Position numbers and translations under genes: made by a program
Assembly: GCA_946403315.1 (NCBI GenBank)
Contig: CAMIZK010000001.1
Span: forward strand, 1,588 to 65,587
Direction: 5' to 3'
DNA from: an uncultured Bacteroidales bacterium
Lineage (GTDB): Bacteria > Bacteroidota > Bacteroidia > Bacteroidales > Paludibacteraceae
DNA: 64,000 nt
The notes under the pieces: generated by a model
Told to the model about the DNA's origin: nothing
Databases searched by the model: none
What the model saw: the letters and a program-made list of their open reading frames with translations, nothing else
Part shown: in pieces, positions 8,724 through 18,687 of the stretch
Layout: each line of letters starts with the position of its first letter
Position numbering within the stretch: position 1 is the stretch's first letter

Positions 8724-9241
8724 AGAAACTTTTGATGATGGCAGCAGTGGCTATGATGGTAGCCGGCTGCGGAATGTTAAAGAACGGAAGTAATGCAACC
8801 GCAAGCAGTCAGCAGACAGCAACAAGCAGTCAGCAGCAGACGGCAGTTAATGCCGGTCAAGGAGCCGGAAAGGCGTTGTTGGCATTGTATAACCAGTACA
8901 AGGCAGACGGCAACAAGTATGACTACAAGAACATGCAGAACGCATTGAACACCGTGACACTGATTGCTAACTGCGAAGGACTGAAATCCAATTACAAGGA
9001 CAAAGAGTATCTGAAGGATTTCGGTAAAGGTTTGATCTCTTCTTCTTTAGGTATGGTGAATCAGAGCAATGTGGAGACGGTGACGAACAGTCTGGTGACG
9101 ATGGTGAAAGAAAACGAAACCGTACAAAACGCTACGCAGACGGCACAGAACACCGCTAACACGGCAGCCGGTTACGCCAATACCGCCTCCCAATACGCAG
9201 GCGCCATCAGTTCGTTACTCAGTGCATTTGGAGGGAAGTAA
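8720..9241 (+). CDS. Hypothetical lipoprotein
   Basis: It has a signal peptide and lipobox ([18 protein letters not shown]). The start overlaps the upstream stop in an ATGA arrangement. A low-complexity [14 protein letters not shown] segment is encoded by 7-nt-periodic DNA. Confidence 0.55.
   Translation: MKKLLMMAAVAMMVAGCGMLKNGSNATASSQQTATSSQQQTAVNAGQGAGKALLALYNQYKADGNKYDYKNMQNALNTVTLIANCEGLKSNYKDKEYLKDFGKGLISSSLGMVNQSNVETVTNSLVTMVKENETVQNATQTAQNTANTAAGYANTASQYAGAISSLLSAFGGK
8801..8842 (+). repeat. 7-nt-periodic (21-nt superperiod) nnnAGCA array in a lipoprotein gene ([14 protein letters not shown])
   Basis: gcaagca gtcagca gacagca acaagca gtcagca gcagacg. Confidence 0.6.
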
Positions 9242-10428
9242 TGAATATCACAGATCGTTTTTTGAAATACGTATCGTTCTGCACAACGAGTGACGAGAAT
9301 ACGGGCATGACCCCTTCGACACCGGGTCAGATGGAGTTTGCCAAGTATCTGGCGCAGGAGTTAAAAACCATCGGTCTCACCGAGGTTTCTCTCGATGAAA
9401 ACGGATATATTATGGCGACATTAGAGGCGAATGGCGAAGGGCGAATGGCGAAGGGCGAATGTCCTACCATCGGTTTCATCGCCCATATGGACACGAGTCC
9501 GGATGCCAGTGGTAAGCATATCAAAGCTTCGATCGTGAAAGCGGAAGAGCGCGATTATATCGATGCGCGTTATGCGGGTCAGGACGTGATTGTAACAGAC
9601 ACAACGACGCTGCTCGGTGCGGACGACAAAGCCGGTATCGCTGAGATCGTAACGGCGATGGAGTATCTGGTACAACATCCGGAGATCAAGCATGGCAAGG
9701 TGCGGGTAGGCTTTACGCCGGACGAAGAGATCGGCCAAGGAGCGGATCATTTTGACGTCAAAGCCTTCGGTTGCGATTTTGCGTACACCATGGACGGCGG
9801 TGCGATTGGTGAGTTGGAGTTCGAGAACTTCAATGCGGCATCGGCGAAAATCAAAGTGCATGGTCTGAATGTGCATCCGGGTTACGGCTATCATAAGATG
9901 CGCAACTCCATGCGCATCGCTTACCAGATTGCCGTCATGTTACCGCGTTTCCAGACACCGGAGCATACGCAGGGTTACGAAGGATTCTACCATTTGGTAG
10001 GCATGAACGGTACCGTAGAAGAAACCACACTCAGTTACATCATCCGGGATCATGACCGCACCCAGTTCGAATACCGCAAACGGGAACTGGAGCATTTGGT
10101 GCGTAAGATTAACACCGAGTTCGGAGAAGGCACAGCGGAGATCGAGATCAAGGATCAATACTATAACATGCGGGAGATGATCGAACCCGTCATGCACATC
10201 ATCGATCTGGCCAAAGAGGCCATGACTGCCGTGGGTGTAACACCTAACGTGAAGCCGATTCGTGGCGGAACAGACGGTGCACGACTGAGTTTTGAAGGTC
10301 TGCCGTGTCCGAACATCTTTGCCGGCGGAGAGAACTTTCACAGCCGGTACGAATACTTACCGGTACCGAGTCTTGAGGCCGCGGAACAAGTTATTTTGGA
10401 AATCATTAAAAAAGCATCAATATGTTAA
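9241..10428 (+). CDS. pepT: Peptidase T (tripeptide aminopeptidase, M20B)
   Basis: The N-terminus is [14 protein letters not shown]. Motifs [29 protein letters not shown] and RGGTDGA are present. It contains an in-frame heptamer array ([12 protein letters not shown]). Confidence 0.85.
   Translation: MNITDRFLKYVSFCTTSDENTGMTPSTPGQMEFAKYLAQELKTIGLTEVSLDENGYIMATLEANGEGRMAKGECPTIGFIAHMDTSPDASGKHIKASIVKAEERDYIDARYAGQDVIVTDTTTLLGADDKAGIAEIVTAMEYLVQHPEIKHGKVRVGFTPDEEIGQGADHFDVKAFGCDFAYTMDGGAIGELEFENFNAASAKIKVHGLNVHPGYGYHKMRNSMRIAYQIAVMLPRFQTPEHTQGYEGFYHLVGMNGTVEETTLSYIIRDHDRTQFEYRKRELEHLVRKINTEFGEGTAEIEIKDQYYNMREMIEPVMHIIDLAKEAMTAVGVTPNVKPIRGGTDGARLSFEGLPCPNIFAGGENFHSRYEYLPVPSLEAAEQVILEIIKKASIC
9426..9460 (+). 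repeat. Heptamer array, GGCGAAT/GGCGAAG x5, in frame in pepT ([11 protein letters not shown])
   Basis: ggcgaat ggcgaag ggcgaat ggcgaag ggcgaat. Confidence 0.92.
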
Positions 10429-11507
10429 AAACAACACCGTTTACCGACATCCATATTGCCTTAGGCGCAAAGATGGCGGAGTTTGCAGGCTTTAATATGC
10501 CTATTCAATACCCTACGGGTATTAACCAAGAGCACATGATCGTTCGGGAGGGCGTAGGTGTGTTCGATGTAAGTCATATGGGTGAGTTCTGGGTAAAAGG
10601 CGAGAAAGCCTTGGACTTCTTGCAGTATATTACCACCAATGACCTGAGTATTATCGCAGCCGGCAAGGCGCAGTACACCTGCATGCCGAACGGTAAAGGC
10701 GGTATCGTGGATGACCTGATTATTTACAAATACTCGACCACCAAGTACCTCATGGTGGTCAATGCCGGAAATATCGACAAGGACTGGGCATGGGTGAACA
10801 AGATCGCTGAGGAGAAATTCAATGGTGCCGATCTGAAACTGGAAAACGCTTCTGACCGTTATGGCCAATTGGCCGTTCAAGGACCAAAAGCAACGGAGCT
10901 GCTGCAACTGCTGACGGATGCAGACCTCAAATCCATTGACTACTATGCCTTCCGGGAGTGGAGTTTTGCCGGAGTGCAGGGAGTGATCCTGAGTAACACC
11001 GGTTACACCGGTGCCGGTGGATTCGAACTCTATTTCCCGGCAGAAAAGGGCAAACAGATCTGGGATGCTCTGTTTGAAGTAGGCAAACCCTTTGGTCTGG
11101 CACCGATCGGTTTGGGTGCTCGTGACAGTTTGCGTCTGGAGAAATGGTACTGTCTGTACGGTCACGATATCGATGATACGACCTCTCCGTTAGAAGCCGG
11201 TTTAGGATGGATCACCAAGTTAGATGCCAAGGATTTCATTGACCGTGATTTCCTCAAAGCACAGAAAGCGGAAGGCGTGAAACGCAAATTGGTTCACTTC
11301 GAGTGTCTGGACCGTGCGATACCGCGTAACGGTTACGAGATCTGCAACGAAGCAGGTGAGGTGATCGGTAACGTGACGTCGGGTATCATGCTGCCGAACA
11401 CGAAAGTAGGTATCGGCATGGGATACGTAAAAACCGAATACGCGAAGAAAGAGAATATCATCTATATTAAGATTCGTGAGAAACTGATTCCGGCAAAGGA
11501 GGTTTAA
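10422..11507 (+). CDS. gcvT: Glycine cleavage system aminomethyltransferase T
   Basis: The 361-aa protein has [46 protein letters not shown] and [11 protein letters not shown]. Confidence 0.9.
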   Translation: MLKTTPFTDIHIALGAKMAEFAGFNMPIQYPTGINQEHMIVREGVGVFDVSHMGEFWVKGEKALDFLQYITTNDLSIIAAGKAQYTCMPNGKGGIVDDLIIYKYSTTKYLMVVNAGNIDKDWAWVNKIAEEKFNGADLKLENASDRYGQLAVQGPKATELLQLLTDADLKSIDYYAFREWSFAGVQGVILSNTGYTGAGGFELYFPAEKGKQIWDALFEVGKPFGLAPIGLGARDSLRLEKWYCLYGHDIDDTTSPLEAGLGWITKLDAKDFIDRDFLKAQKAEGVKRKLVHFECLDRAIPRNGYEICNEAGEVIGNVTSGIMLPNTKVGIGMGYVKTEYAKKENIIYIKIREKLIPAKEV

Positions 11508-12289
11508 TGGGTAAGCGCGTAGCGTTGGTACTGGGTTCCGGTGGAGCGCGTGGATTAGCGCATATCGGAGCTATTGAGGCGTTAGAGGAACGGGGTTATG
11601 CGATAACGAGTATAGCCGGTTGCTCGATGGGTGCCATCATTGCAGGGATGTATGCGGCAGGTGAACTGCAAGAAGCCAAGAAATGGTTTTTGCAGGTGGA
11701 CAAGCAGTTGATACTCCGAATGATGGATGTCAACCTGCTCAGCCGTAGTTCGTTAGTAAAAGGCCAACGGATCATCCGGGAATTAGAGAAGATCGTGCCG
11801 GACCGGCTGATGGAGGAACTGAATATCCCTTGTTCTATAGTTGCCACAGACCTGATGCACACGGAGCAGGTGGTGTTCCGCAGCGGAAGCCTGTTCGAAG
11901 CCGTACGGGCATCGATCAGTATTCCGTTGTTCTTTCGTCCGGTGCAGATGGAGGATAAGCTGCTGATCGACGGCGGAATTTTGAATCCTTTACCGCTGAA
12001 TATCGTGCAACGCACGGAAGGAGATATCTTAGTGGCAATGGACATCAGCGGAAAAGACAGTATGCCGTTGGAGCGCAAAGTCAATTTCATCAGTATCTTA
12101 GACCGCATGAGCGACCTGCAGATTCAGCAGAACACCTTATTATCTTTGCAACTGACGCCACCCGACATCCATGCCGTGATGCGGCAGTACGCTTATACCA
12201 CCTTCGATTTTGACAAGGCGGAAACGATTATCGAGGACGGCAAACGAATTATGAACGAAGCATTGGATGGCTATGAAACGGCACATTAG
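11507..12289 (+). CDS. Patatin-like phospholipase
   Basis: GSGGARGLAHIG forms the oxyanion hole, GCSMGA is the GxSxG nucleophile, and LIDGG contains the catalytic Asp. Confidence 0.85.
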   Translation: MGKRVALVLGSGGARGLAHIGAIEALEERGYAITSIAGCSMGAIIAGMYAAGELQEAKKWFLQVDKQLILRMMDVNLLSRSSLVKGQRIIRELEKIVPDRLMEELNIPCSIVATDLMHTEQVVFRSGSLFEAVRASISIPLFFRPVQMEDKLLIDGGILNPLPLNIVQRTEGDILVAMDISGKDSMPLERKVNFISILDRMSDLQIQQNTLLSLQLTPPDIHAVMRQYAYTTFDFDKAETIIEDGKRIMNEALDGYETAH

Positions 12290-14141
12290 TATATTGGTCG
12301 GTGTTATATGTTCTGTACTTTCTCTACGCGCACAAGACACGGTGCGCGTGGAGGATTTTACGTTGGACGAACTGGAAGTGCTGGAGACCTTTGTGATACA
12401 CGATGACTTCAGTGGTCCGGAGAACAAAATGAAGTATTTTACGCATGACGAGATTCAGCATCTGCCGATTTCCAATGTGGCAGATGTGCTTACTTGCCTT
12501 TCCGGTATCGATGTGCGGTCACGGGGAACAAGTAACATACAGACGGATGTGAGTCTGTACGGCGGCACGTTTGACCAGGTGCTGGTATGCATTAACGGTA
12601 TTCCCGTCAACGATGCACAGACGGGTCATTATGCGATGAACCTGCCTATCACACCGGCGCTGATCGAACGGATCGAGGTGCGTCAAGGGAATGCGGCACT
12701 GACTGCCGGTGCATTCACCGGTGCAATTAACATCATCACACGGGAGAAGTGGTCGGATCAATACATGCTGCAGATGGATGCGGGAACGAATGCCGATATT
12801 CATCCGCTTTTTGCCGGCAGTTGGGCCCGGAAGGACGTGCATATGAACCTATCTGCCGAATATGCACGCAGTGACGGGTATTATGCCCCGACGAACGAGG
12901 CCAAGGAGCAAACGGCCTTGCGAAACACCGACTATCAGTTGGCGAATCTCTATTTTCAGACACGCTGGAGAGATCTGGATGCACAAGTGGGCGTGCAATA
13001 CAAAGATGCCGGTTTAGGTAGCGGATACGGATTTGCGAGCACCGATCAGTTCGATGCTACGCGTACGCTCTTCGCATCGATCCAAAACAGATGGTGCTTC
13101 GGACCGTATTGGCGTCTGAACGCACAAGCGTCCTACCGCACCAACTACGACCGGTACGAATGGCATCGGGGAGCAGTGACGAACCGGCATTGGACGCATT
13201 CCGTTCGAGCGGCATTGGAAACCCAATACGATCATCCTAATGCAGGAACAACCACTCTTCGTGCCGAGATCAAGGACGAAACTATCCGTTCCACGAACAT
13301 GGGAGCGCATAACCGGATCCATGCAACGTTCAGCGCCAAACATTTGTACACATACCGGGGATGGATTGCCTCCTTGGGTGCCGCCGGACATTATAATAAT
13401 TGGTTCGGATGGGACGGAACGGGATTTGCGTATGTAGGTTATGAATCGCTTTTTCTGACCGCCAGCCGTTCGGTGCGTATGCCTACGTGGACGGACTTGT
13501 TTTACAAGGCCGGTGTACAACGGGGAAGTGAGGATCTGAAAGCAGAGAAAGCATGGACCTTGGCGCTGAACGGGCACTATGAATGGCGTTGGCAGAATGC
13601 CGGAAAATTAAACATTGCAGGAAACGTCTTCTACCGTTGGGGACAGGATGTCATCGACTGGACTTATGATTCGACAGATCAGTTGTTCCATGCCACCAAT
13701 CAGAATACAGTGAACACATTCGGTGTGGAACTGAACGCCGCTTATCACCTGAACGAATGGTTAAAGAACATCAGTGTACGGTATGCTTACACGAACTTAT
13801 CGCTGGATGTTGCCAAGGAAAAAAGCAACTATTTGGACTACTTACGGCACAAAGTAATATTGAACATTGACCATGGTATTTATGTGTGGAAAAGAGGTTG
13901 TGTGGGTGCCAACTGGACTCTGCGCTGGCAGGATCGGGAAGGGAGTTATGTAGATATCTACGGCACTGCAGGCAATGCGTATCAACCGGTGCTACTGTTA
14001 GACGGCAGTATATATATGGAGTGCGCACGCGTGCGCGTGAGTATGGAATGCACGAATATGACCAATCGGCATTACTATGACTACGGGGGTGTTTTGGAAC
14101 CCGGTGCACACGGAAGGCTTAGTGTGCGTGCAAACTTTTAA
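12267..14141 (+). CDS. TonB-dependent outer-membrane receptor (small, about 620 aa)
   Basis: It has a signal peptide ending SLRAQD and a plug-like region (VADVLTCLSGIDVRSRG, ERIEVRQGNAA). The C-terminus has alternating beta-strand character and ends in F. An alternative start is ATG 12273. Confidence 0.7.
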   Translation: MAMKRHISILVGVICSVLSLRAQDTVRVEDFTLDELEVLETFVIHDDFSGPENKMKYFTHDEIQHLPISNVADVLTCLSGIDVRSRGTSNIQTDVSLYGGTFDQVLVCINGIPVNDAQTGHYAMNLPITPALIERIEVRQGNAALTAGAFTGAINIITREKWSDQYMLQMDAGTNADIHPLFAGSWARKDVHMNLSAEYARSDGYYAPTNEAKEQTALRNTDYQLANLYFQTRWRDLDAQVGVQYKDAGLGSGYGFASTDQFDATRTLFASIQNRWCFGPYWRLNAQASYRTNYDRYEWHRGAVTNRHWTHSVRAALETQYDHPNAGTTTLRAEIKDETIRSTNMGAHNRIHATFSAKHLYTYRGWIASLGAAGHYNNWFGWDGTGFAYVGYESLFLTASRSVRMPTWTDLFYKAGVQRGSEDLKAEKAWTLALNGHYEWRWQNAGKLNIAGNVFYRWGQDVIDWTYDSTDQLFHATNQNTVNTFGVELNAAYHLNEWLKNISVRYAYTNLSLDVAKEKSNYLDYLRHKVILNIDHGIYVWKRGCVGANWTLRWQDREGSYVDIYGTAGNAYQPVLLLDGSIYMECARVRVSMECTNMTNRHYYDYGGVLEPGAHGRLSVRANF

Positions 14142-14207
14142 AATGCACAACAAAAATGTTTTGTATTTCAAAAATTGACAGAAAAATGCAAAAAAAATGA
14201 CAAAAAG

Positions 14208-14239
14208 TATTGTTAATTCAAAAAAATGTTGTAACTTTG
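14208..14239 (+). promoter_or_regulatory. Probable promoter of the first acyl-CoA ligase gene
   Basis: aTTG-N19-TAACTTTG, in an A-rich intergenic region 53 nt upstream of ATG 14292. Confidence 0.55.
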
Positions 14240-14291
14240 CAGTTGTTTTTGAATACAAGCGCAATAATAAAGAAAAATAGAACATTACAAT

Positions 14292-15941
14292 ATGGAAACA
14301 GAGCATTATTTATCGGCCCTTAAACGGACAATGAGTAAACGTTGGGATTGCCTTTCGATGACAGATCTGGACGGTGACCATAAATACACATATGCCGATT
14401 TGGCAAGAGAGATCGTTAAACTGCACGTCACCTGGCGTGAATGCGGTATCAAAGAGGGCGATAAAATTGCCTTGGCGGGACGTAACTGTTCCAACTGGGG
14501 TTTGTTATTCTTGGCGGCTACCAGTTACAAAGCCGTGGTAGTAAGTATTCTTCCGGATTTTACGGCAGAGGGCATCTACTCGTTGGTAGATCATTCGGAA
14601 TCCGTTCTGCTCTACGTAGGTCCGAATGTGAAGAAGAAGATTGATCCGTCTCAGATGAAGGGGCTGAAAGCGACCATTTTCATGGATGAGATGTCGATTG
14701 TAGCATCGGATGACAAGTTCCGCAAGGCTTATGAAGGAGCCGAAGCTGCCTTCCAAAAAGCCTATCCGAACGGTGTATCTCTGAACGATGTCAATTTCCC
14801 GACGGATAATATCAATGACTTGGCGGTGATCAACTACACCTCCGGTTCGACGGGCAATCCGAAGGGTGTGATGCTGAGCAACTTGAACCTGTCGGGTAAC
14901 GTGGACTTTGCGAACCATCGTATTCCTCACCGTCCGGGTGACAAGGTGTTGTCAATGCTTCCGATCGCCCATATGTTCGGTTTGATGTATGAGTTCTTAT
15001 ATCAGGTATGCGACGGTGCGGAAGTGTATTTCCTGACGCAGGCTCCTACCCCGTCGGTGCTGATGAAAGCGTTTGCGCAAGTGAAGCCGTTCATGATTCT
15101 TACCGTACCTTTGGTAATCGAGAAGATCGTGAAGAAGGGTGTGTTGCCGAAGATCAGCAGTCCTATGGCCAAGATCATGTGGAAGACCCCGATTCTCAAG
15201 AATATCATCCGTGGCAAAGTGAAAGAAGGACTGGACAAGACCTTTGGCGGTCAACTCCGTTTCCTGATTATCGGTGGTGCCGCGTTGAACGGAGAAGTGG
15301 AGCAAGTATTACACGATATCAAGTTCCAATACTGCGTAGGTTACGGTATGACCGAGTGCGCTCCGCTGATCAGTTACGAGGACTGGTGGAAATATGCGTT
15401 CCATAGTTGCGGTAAGGAGTTAGAGCAATGCCGTGTTCGTATCGATTCCGAGAACCCGATCGCCAAAGACGGTGAGATCCAGGTAAAGGGTATCAACGTG
15501 ATGATGGGTTATTATAAGAACGAGGAAGCGACAAAGGCAGTATTCACCAAGGACGGCTGGATGCGTACAGGAGACCTGGGTGTGCTGGATAAAGAAGGAA
15601 ATATCTATATCCACGGCCGTTCAAAGAACATGATTCTGGGTCCGAGTGGTCAGAATATCTATCCGGAGGAGTTGGAGGATAAACTGAACTCAATGCCTTG
15701 CGTGATAGAGTCAATTGTGGTAGATCGTGACAATAAATTAGTGGCACTCGTATTCCCGGATACGTCCAAAGAAGGACAGAAACAATTAGGAAACCGGACC
15801 ATTACGGAGTTGATGGAAGAGAATCGTGTGATCGTGAACCGGAATCTGCCGGCTTACAGTCAGATCAGTGAGATTGAATTGGTTGCATCGGAGTTTGAGA
15901 AAACCCCGAAACGCTCCATCAAGAGATATTTATACAAGTAA
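14292..15941 (+). CDS. AMP-dependent synthetase/ligase (long-chain acyl-CoA synthetase-like)
   Basis: The AMP-binding signature INYTSGSTGNPKGV is present, along with GYGMTEC, TGDLG and a C-terminal KRSIKRY. Confidence 0.85.
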   Translation: METEHYLSALKRTMSKRWDCLSMTDLDGDHKYTYADLAREIVKLHVTWRECGIKEGDKIALAGRNCSNWGLLFLAATSYKAVVVSILPDFTAEGIYSLVDHSESVLLYVGPNVKKKIDPSQMKGLKATIFMDEMSIVASDDKFRKAYEGAEAAFQKAYPNGVSLNDVNFPTDNINDLAVINYTSGSTGNPKGVMLSNLNLSGNVDFANHRIPHRPGDKVLSMLPIAHMFGLMYEFLYQVCDGAEVYFLTQAPTPSVLMKAFAQVKPFMILTVPLVIEKIVKKGVLPKISSPMAKIMWKTPILKNIIRGKVKEGLDKTFGGQLRFLIIGGAALNGEVEQVLHDIKFQYCVGYGMTECAPLISYEDWWKYAFHSCGKELEQCRVRIDSENPIAKDGEIQVKGINVMMGYYKNEEATKAVFTKDGWMRTGDLGVLDKEGNIYIHGRSKNMILGPSGQNIYPEELEDKLNSMPCVIESIVVDRDNKLVALVFPDTSKEGQKQLGNRTITELMEENRVIVNRNLPAYSQISEIELVASEFEKTPKRSIKRYLYK

Positions 15942-16020
15942 AGGTTTTTTCATAAGAAAGACGTTATTTTCATAACGTTATTAGTGAGTAAGTAGATGAG
16001 ATTCCTTGGATGGGATCGAA

Positions 16021-16060
16021 GCTTGCGGGTAGTTGTGAAACCACCCGCTTGTTTTTTTTT
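16021..16060 (+). terminator. Probable intrinsic terminator after the first acyl-CoA ligase gene
   Basis: A GCGGGT ... ACCCGC stem with a 12-nt loop is followed by a run of nine T. Confidence 0.55.
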
Positions 16061-16069
16061 CGCATTTTT

Positions 16070-16114
16070 CTTGCATATATCAGAAAAAAGCAGTACCTTT
16101 GCACTCGCAAAGGT
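16070..16114 (+). promoter_or_regulatory. Promoter cassette with an overlapping hairpin (copy 2), driving the second acyl-CoA ligase gene
   Basis: cTTGCATATatcagaaaaaagcagTACCTTTGcactcgcaaaggt, placed 31 nt upstream of ATG 16145. Confidence 0.8.
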
Positions 16115-16144
16115 ATTAGTTATATTACAAATCAGGAAACATCA

Positions 16145-17785
16145 ATGGTTAAACATTATTTGCAATATTTGTCCGAGGTGATATATCATCAATGGAATGA
16201 CGCTGCCTTGACGGACTACAATGAAGATCATGAATACACCTTCGGAGAGTTAGCAACGGAGATGCTTCGCCTGCATGTATTGTTTGAATTATACGGGATT
16301 AAGAAAGGGGATAAGATTGCATTGGCAGGCCGTAACTGCGCCAATTGGGCGGTTGCCTATCTGGCTATCGCTTCGTATGAAGGTGTTTGTGTAAGTATTC
16401 TGCAGGATTTCACGGCGGAAGATATCGCGCATCTATTGGAGCATTCGGACTCGGAGATGCTGTTTGTCGGACCGTACGTATGGAAAGATCTGCAGCAGCA
16501 AACCATGCCGGCTAAGATCAAGGCAGTGCATTCGTTGGAAGACTGGCGAACGCTCTATCATGCGGAAGGAACCAAAGCCATAAGCGAAGACGCATGGCAT
16601 GAGGCTTTCAAGGTAAAATTCCCGCAAGGCATCGAACCGGAGGACATTGCCTTTTCTGCTGATCCGGATGCGTTGTCGCTGATCAACTACACTTCCGGCT
16701 CAACGGGTCACCCTAAGGGCGTGATGCTCAACGGACGCAGTCTGAGCAATAACGTGGAAGTAGGCATGAAGATGCTGCCGGTTGACCCGGGACAGCGCTT
16801 AGTGTCCATGTTGCCATTAGCGCATATGTTCGGTCAGATATGCGAGTTATTATATCCGCTTACGTCCGGTACACATATTTATTTCCTGACCAAATCCCCT
16901 ACTCCGTCTATCTTGCTGAAGGCGATGAAAGAGGTGCAGCCGTACCTGGTTGTGACCGTGCCGCTGGTGATTGAGAAGATCTACAAGAAGAACCTGGATC
17001 CGTTACTGAGCAAACGGGTGATACGTGCATTCTGGCATACCCCGTTCATTGGCGCTATCCTCAAACGTAAAGTCAAACGAGGTCTGAGGAACGCTTTTGG
17101 CGGTAAGTTACGCTATTTCATCTGCGGTGGTGCAGCGATGAATCCGGTGGTTGAGAAATGTCTGATGGATATCCATTTCCCCTTGTCTATCGGTTACGGC
17201 ATGACAGAATGCGGACCGCTGATCGGAGGTAATCCACCGAAGTACTTCAAAGCGCGTTCCGGCGGTGTACCGGTGATGAATATGGAGGTGAAGATCGACG
17301 AGCCTAATCAAGCCGGCATCGGAGAGATTCTGGTCAAGGGCGAGAATGTGATGTTAGGCTATTACAAGAACGAAGAAGCGACGAAAGCCGTGTTCACCGA
17401 AGACGGATGGATGCGTACGGGAGACCTGGGCCGACTGGATAAAAAGAAGAATATCTATATCAAAGGACGTTCCAAAACCATGTTTTTAGGTGCGTCAGGA
17501 CAGAATATCTATCCGGAAGAGATTGAGGACAAACTCAATAACCAGGAAGCGGTAGGCGAATCACTGATCGTAGAAAGGGAAGGCAAACTGGTGGCACTCG
17601 TCTTTCCGGATGAGACGCTGACCAAGCGCATGACGCTGGAAGAAGTGCAAAAGATCATGAAGGCGAATCTGGAGAAACTGAACAAGCTTATTCCTTCCTA
17701 CAGCAAGGTATCGAATATCGAGGTGCAGGAGAAACCTTTTGAGCACACACCGAAGAAGTCTATCAAACGGTTTATGTACAAGTGA
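16145..17785 (+). CDS. AMP-dependent synthetase/ligase, tandem paralogue of 14292..15941
   Basis: INYTSGSTGHPKGV, GYGMTECGP and TGDLG are present, and the protein is collinear with its neighbour. I place the start at ATG 16145 (MVKHYLQYL); the 16010 extension crosses a terminator and a promoter. Confidence 0.85.
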   Translation: MVKHYLQYLSEVIYHQWNDAALTDYNEDHEYTFGELATEMLRLHVLFELYGIKKGDKIALAGRNCANWAVAYLAIASYEGVCVSILQDFTAEDIAHLLEHSDSEMLFVGPYVWKDLQQQTMPAKIKAVHSLEDWRTLYHAEGTKAISEDAWHEAFKVKFPQGIEPEDIAFSADPDALSLINYTSGSTGHPKGVMLNGRSLSNNVEVGMKMLPVDPGQRLVSMLPLAHMFGQICELLYPLTSGTHIYFLTKSPTPSILLKAMKEVQPYLVVTVPLVIEKIYKKNLDPLLSKRVIRAFWHTPFIGAILKRKVKRGLRNAFGGKLRYFICGGAAMNPVVEKCLMDIHFPLSIGYGMTECGPLIGGNPPKYFKARSGGVPVMNMEVKIDEPNQAGIGEILVKGENVMLGYYKNEEATKAVFTEDGWMRTGDLGRLDKKKNIYIKGRSKTMFLGASGQNIYPEEIEDKLNNQEAVGESLIVEREGKLVALVFPDETLTKRMTLEEVQKIMKANLEKLNKLIPSYSKVSNIEVQEKPFEHTPKKSIKRFMYK

Positions 17786-17793
17786 TACCAACG

Positions 17794-17823
17794 AAAACGA
17801 CGACCTTATGGCCGTCGTTTTTA
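17794..17823. terminator. Bidirectional hairpin terminator between convergent genes (ligase 2 and ABC-2 permease)
   Basis: AAAACGACGACC-ttat-GGCCGTCGTTTT. The stem is 11-12 bp with one mismatch and is flanked by A and T runs on both strands. Confidence 0.7.
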
Positions 17824-18687
17824 TTATATCGTGTCGATAAAGAATTTCTGCTTGCGGTTAAACATGCGTATACCGATTAGCAGTAAAACGAACATGAAAC
17901 CGATGCTATATGCCAATGCGGTCCAACTGAACTGACCGGCACCGTAGGCTCCGTATTTGAAAGTCTCGATAAGAGCCGTGAGCGGATTAAAGAACATGAT
18001 CTTATGTAATGTTGGATCAGTCACCGAACTGAGCGGATAGACGATCGGGGTCGCATACATCCAAAGGGAGACAAAGACACCGAAGAAATTGATCAGATCG
18101 CGGTACTTCGTTGTCAAAGACGAGATGATCAACCCCAGACCCAATGCGATACCTTGCAGCGTCACTAACACGACAGGGAAAAGGAGCAGGTACCAGGTGG
18201 GGTGCAAATCGACTCCACGAATGACGAAGAGCACATAGACAAAGATGAACGTGAACAGTTGCAGCGAGAAACGGAACAAACGTGAGATGACTACCGAGAT
18301 CGGTGACACCAAACGTGGGAAATAAACTTTTCCGAACAAATTAGCGTTTTTCTGGAACGTGCCGGCTACATCGGTCAGACAGGTAGAGAAATACTCCCAC
18401 AAGCAGATACCGCTCAGGTAGAACACCGGTTGCGGAATATCATCCGTCTCAATACCGGCAATTTTACCGAACACCACCATGTACATGAACATCGTGAATA
18501 AGGGAGATATAAAATACCATCCCATGCCGAAGATGGTTTGCTTGTATTGGACTGTTATATCCCGTTTGACAAACAACCAAATGAGGTACTTCTTCTTCCA
18601 AAGTTCCTTCAATCCGAGACCTTTCGCGAAGGATTTAGGCGAGATCTCAGTAGTCCAATAGTTTTCTTGAGTCTGCGCCATGATCAC
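17824..18687 (-). CDS. ABC-2 type transporter permease
   Basis: It is a roughly 6-TM hydrophobic protein. The N-terminal motif (KELWKKKYLIWLFVKRDITVQYKQTIFGMGWYF) is typical of ABC-2 exporter permeases. It overlaps the upstream paralogue by 4 nt. Confidence 0.75.
   Translation of the reverse strand: MIMAQTQENYWTTEISPKSFAKGLGLKELWKKKYLIWLFVKRDITVQYKQTIFGMGWYFISPLFTMFMYMVVFGKIAGIETDDIPQPVFYLSGICLWEYFSTCLTDVAGTFQKNANLFGKVYFPRLVSPISVVISRLFRFSLQLFTFIFVYVLFVIRGVDLHPTWYLLLFPVVLVTLQGIALGLGLIISSLTTKYRDLINFFGVFVSLWMYATPIVYPLSSVTDPTLHKIMFFNPLTALIETFKYGAYGAGQFSWTALAYSIGFMFVLLLIGIRMFNRKQKFFIDTI

Noticed and set aside
10461-11165. A long antisense ORF (234 aa) opposite gcvT. Similar shadow ORFs occur at 48693-49283 (opposite relA/spoT), 53531-54222 (dnaB), 56703-57422 (outer-membrane receptor), 11596-12108, 13014-13577, 52621-53196 and at many places opposite the giant gene.
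   Set aside because: Each lies entirely within a well-supported gene on the other strand. None has a recognisable motif or promoter, and all have atypical Arg/His/Cys-rich composition typical of antisense frames.
13998-14306. A 102-aa ORF spanning the A/T-rich spacer between the TonB-dependent receptor and the first ligase gene.
   Set aside because: It is translated from poly-A/T promoter DNA (FFAFFCQFLKYKTFLL), overlaps the end of the receptor gene, and has no start context.
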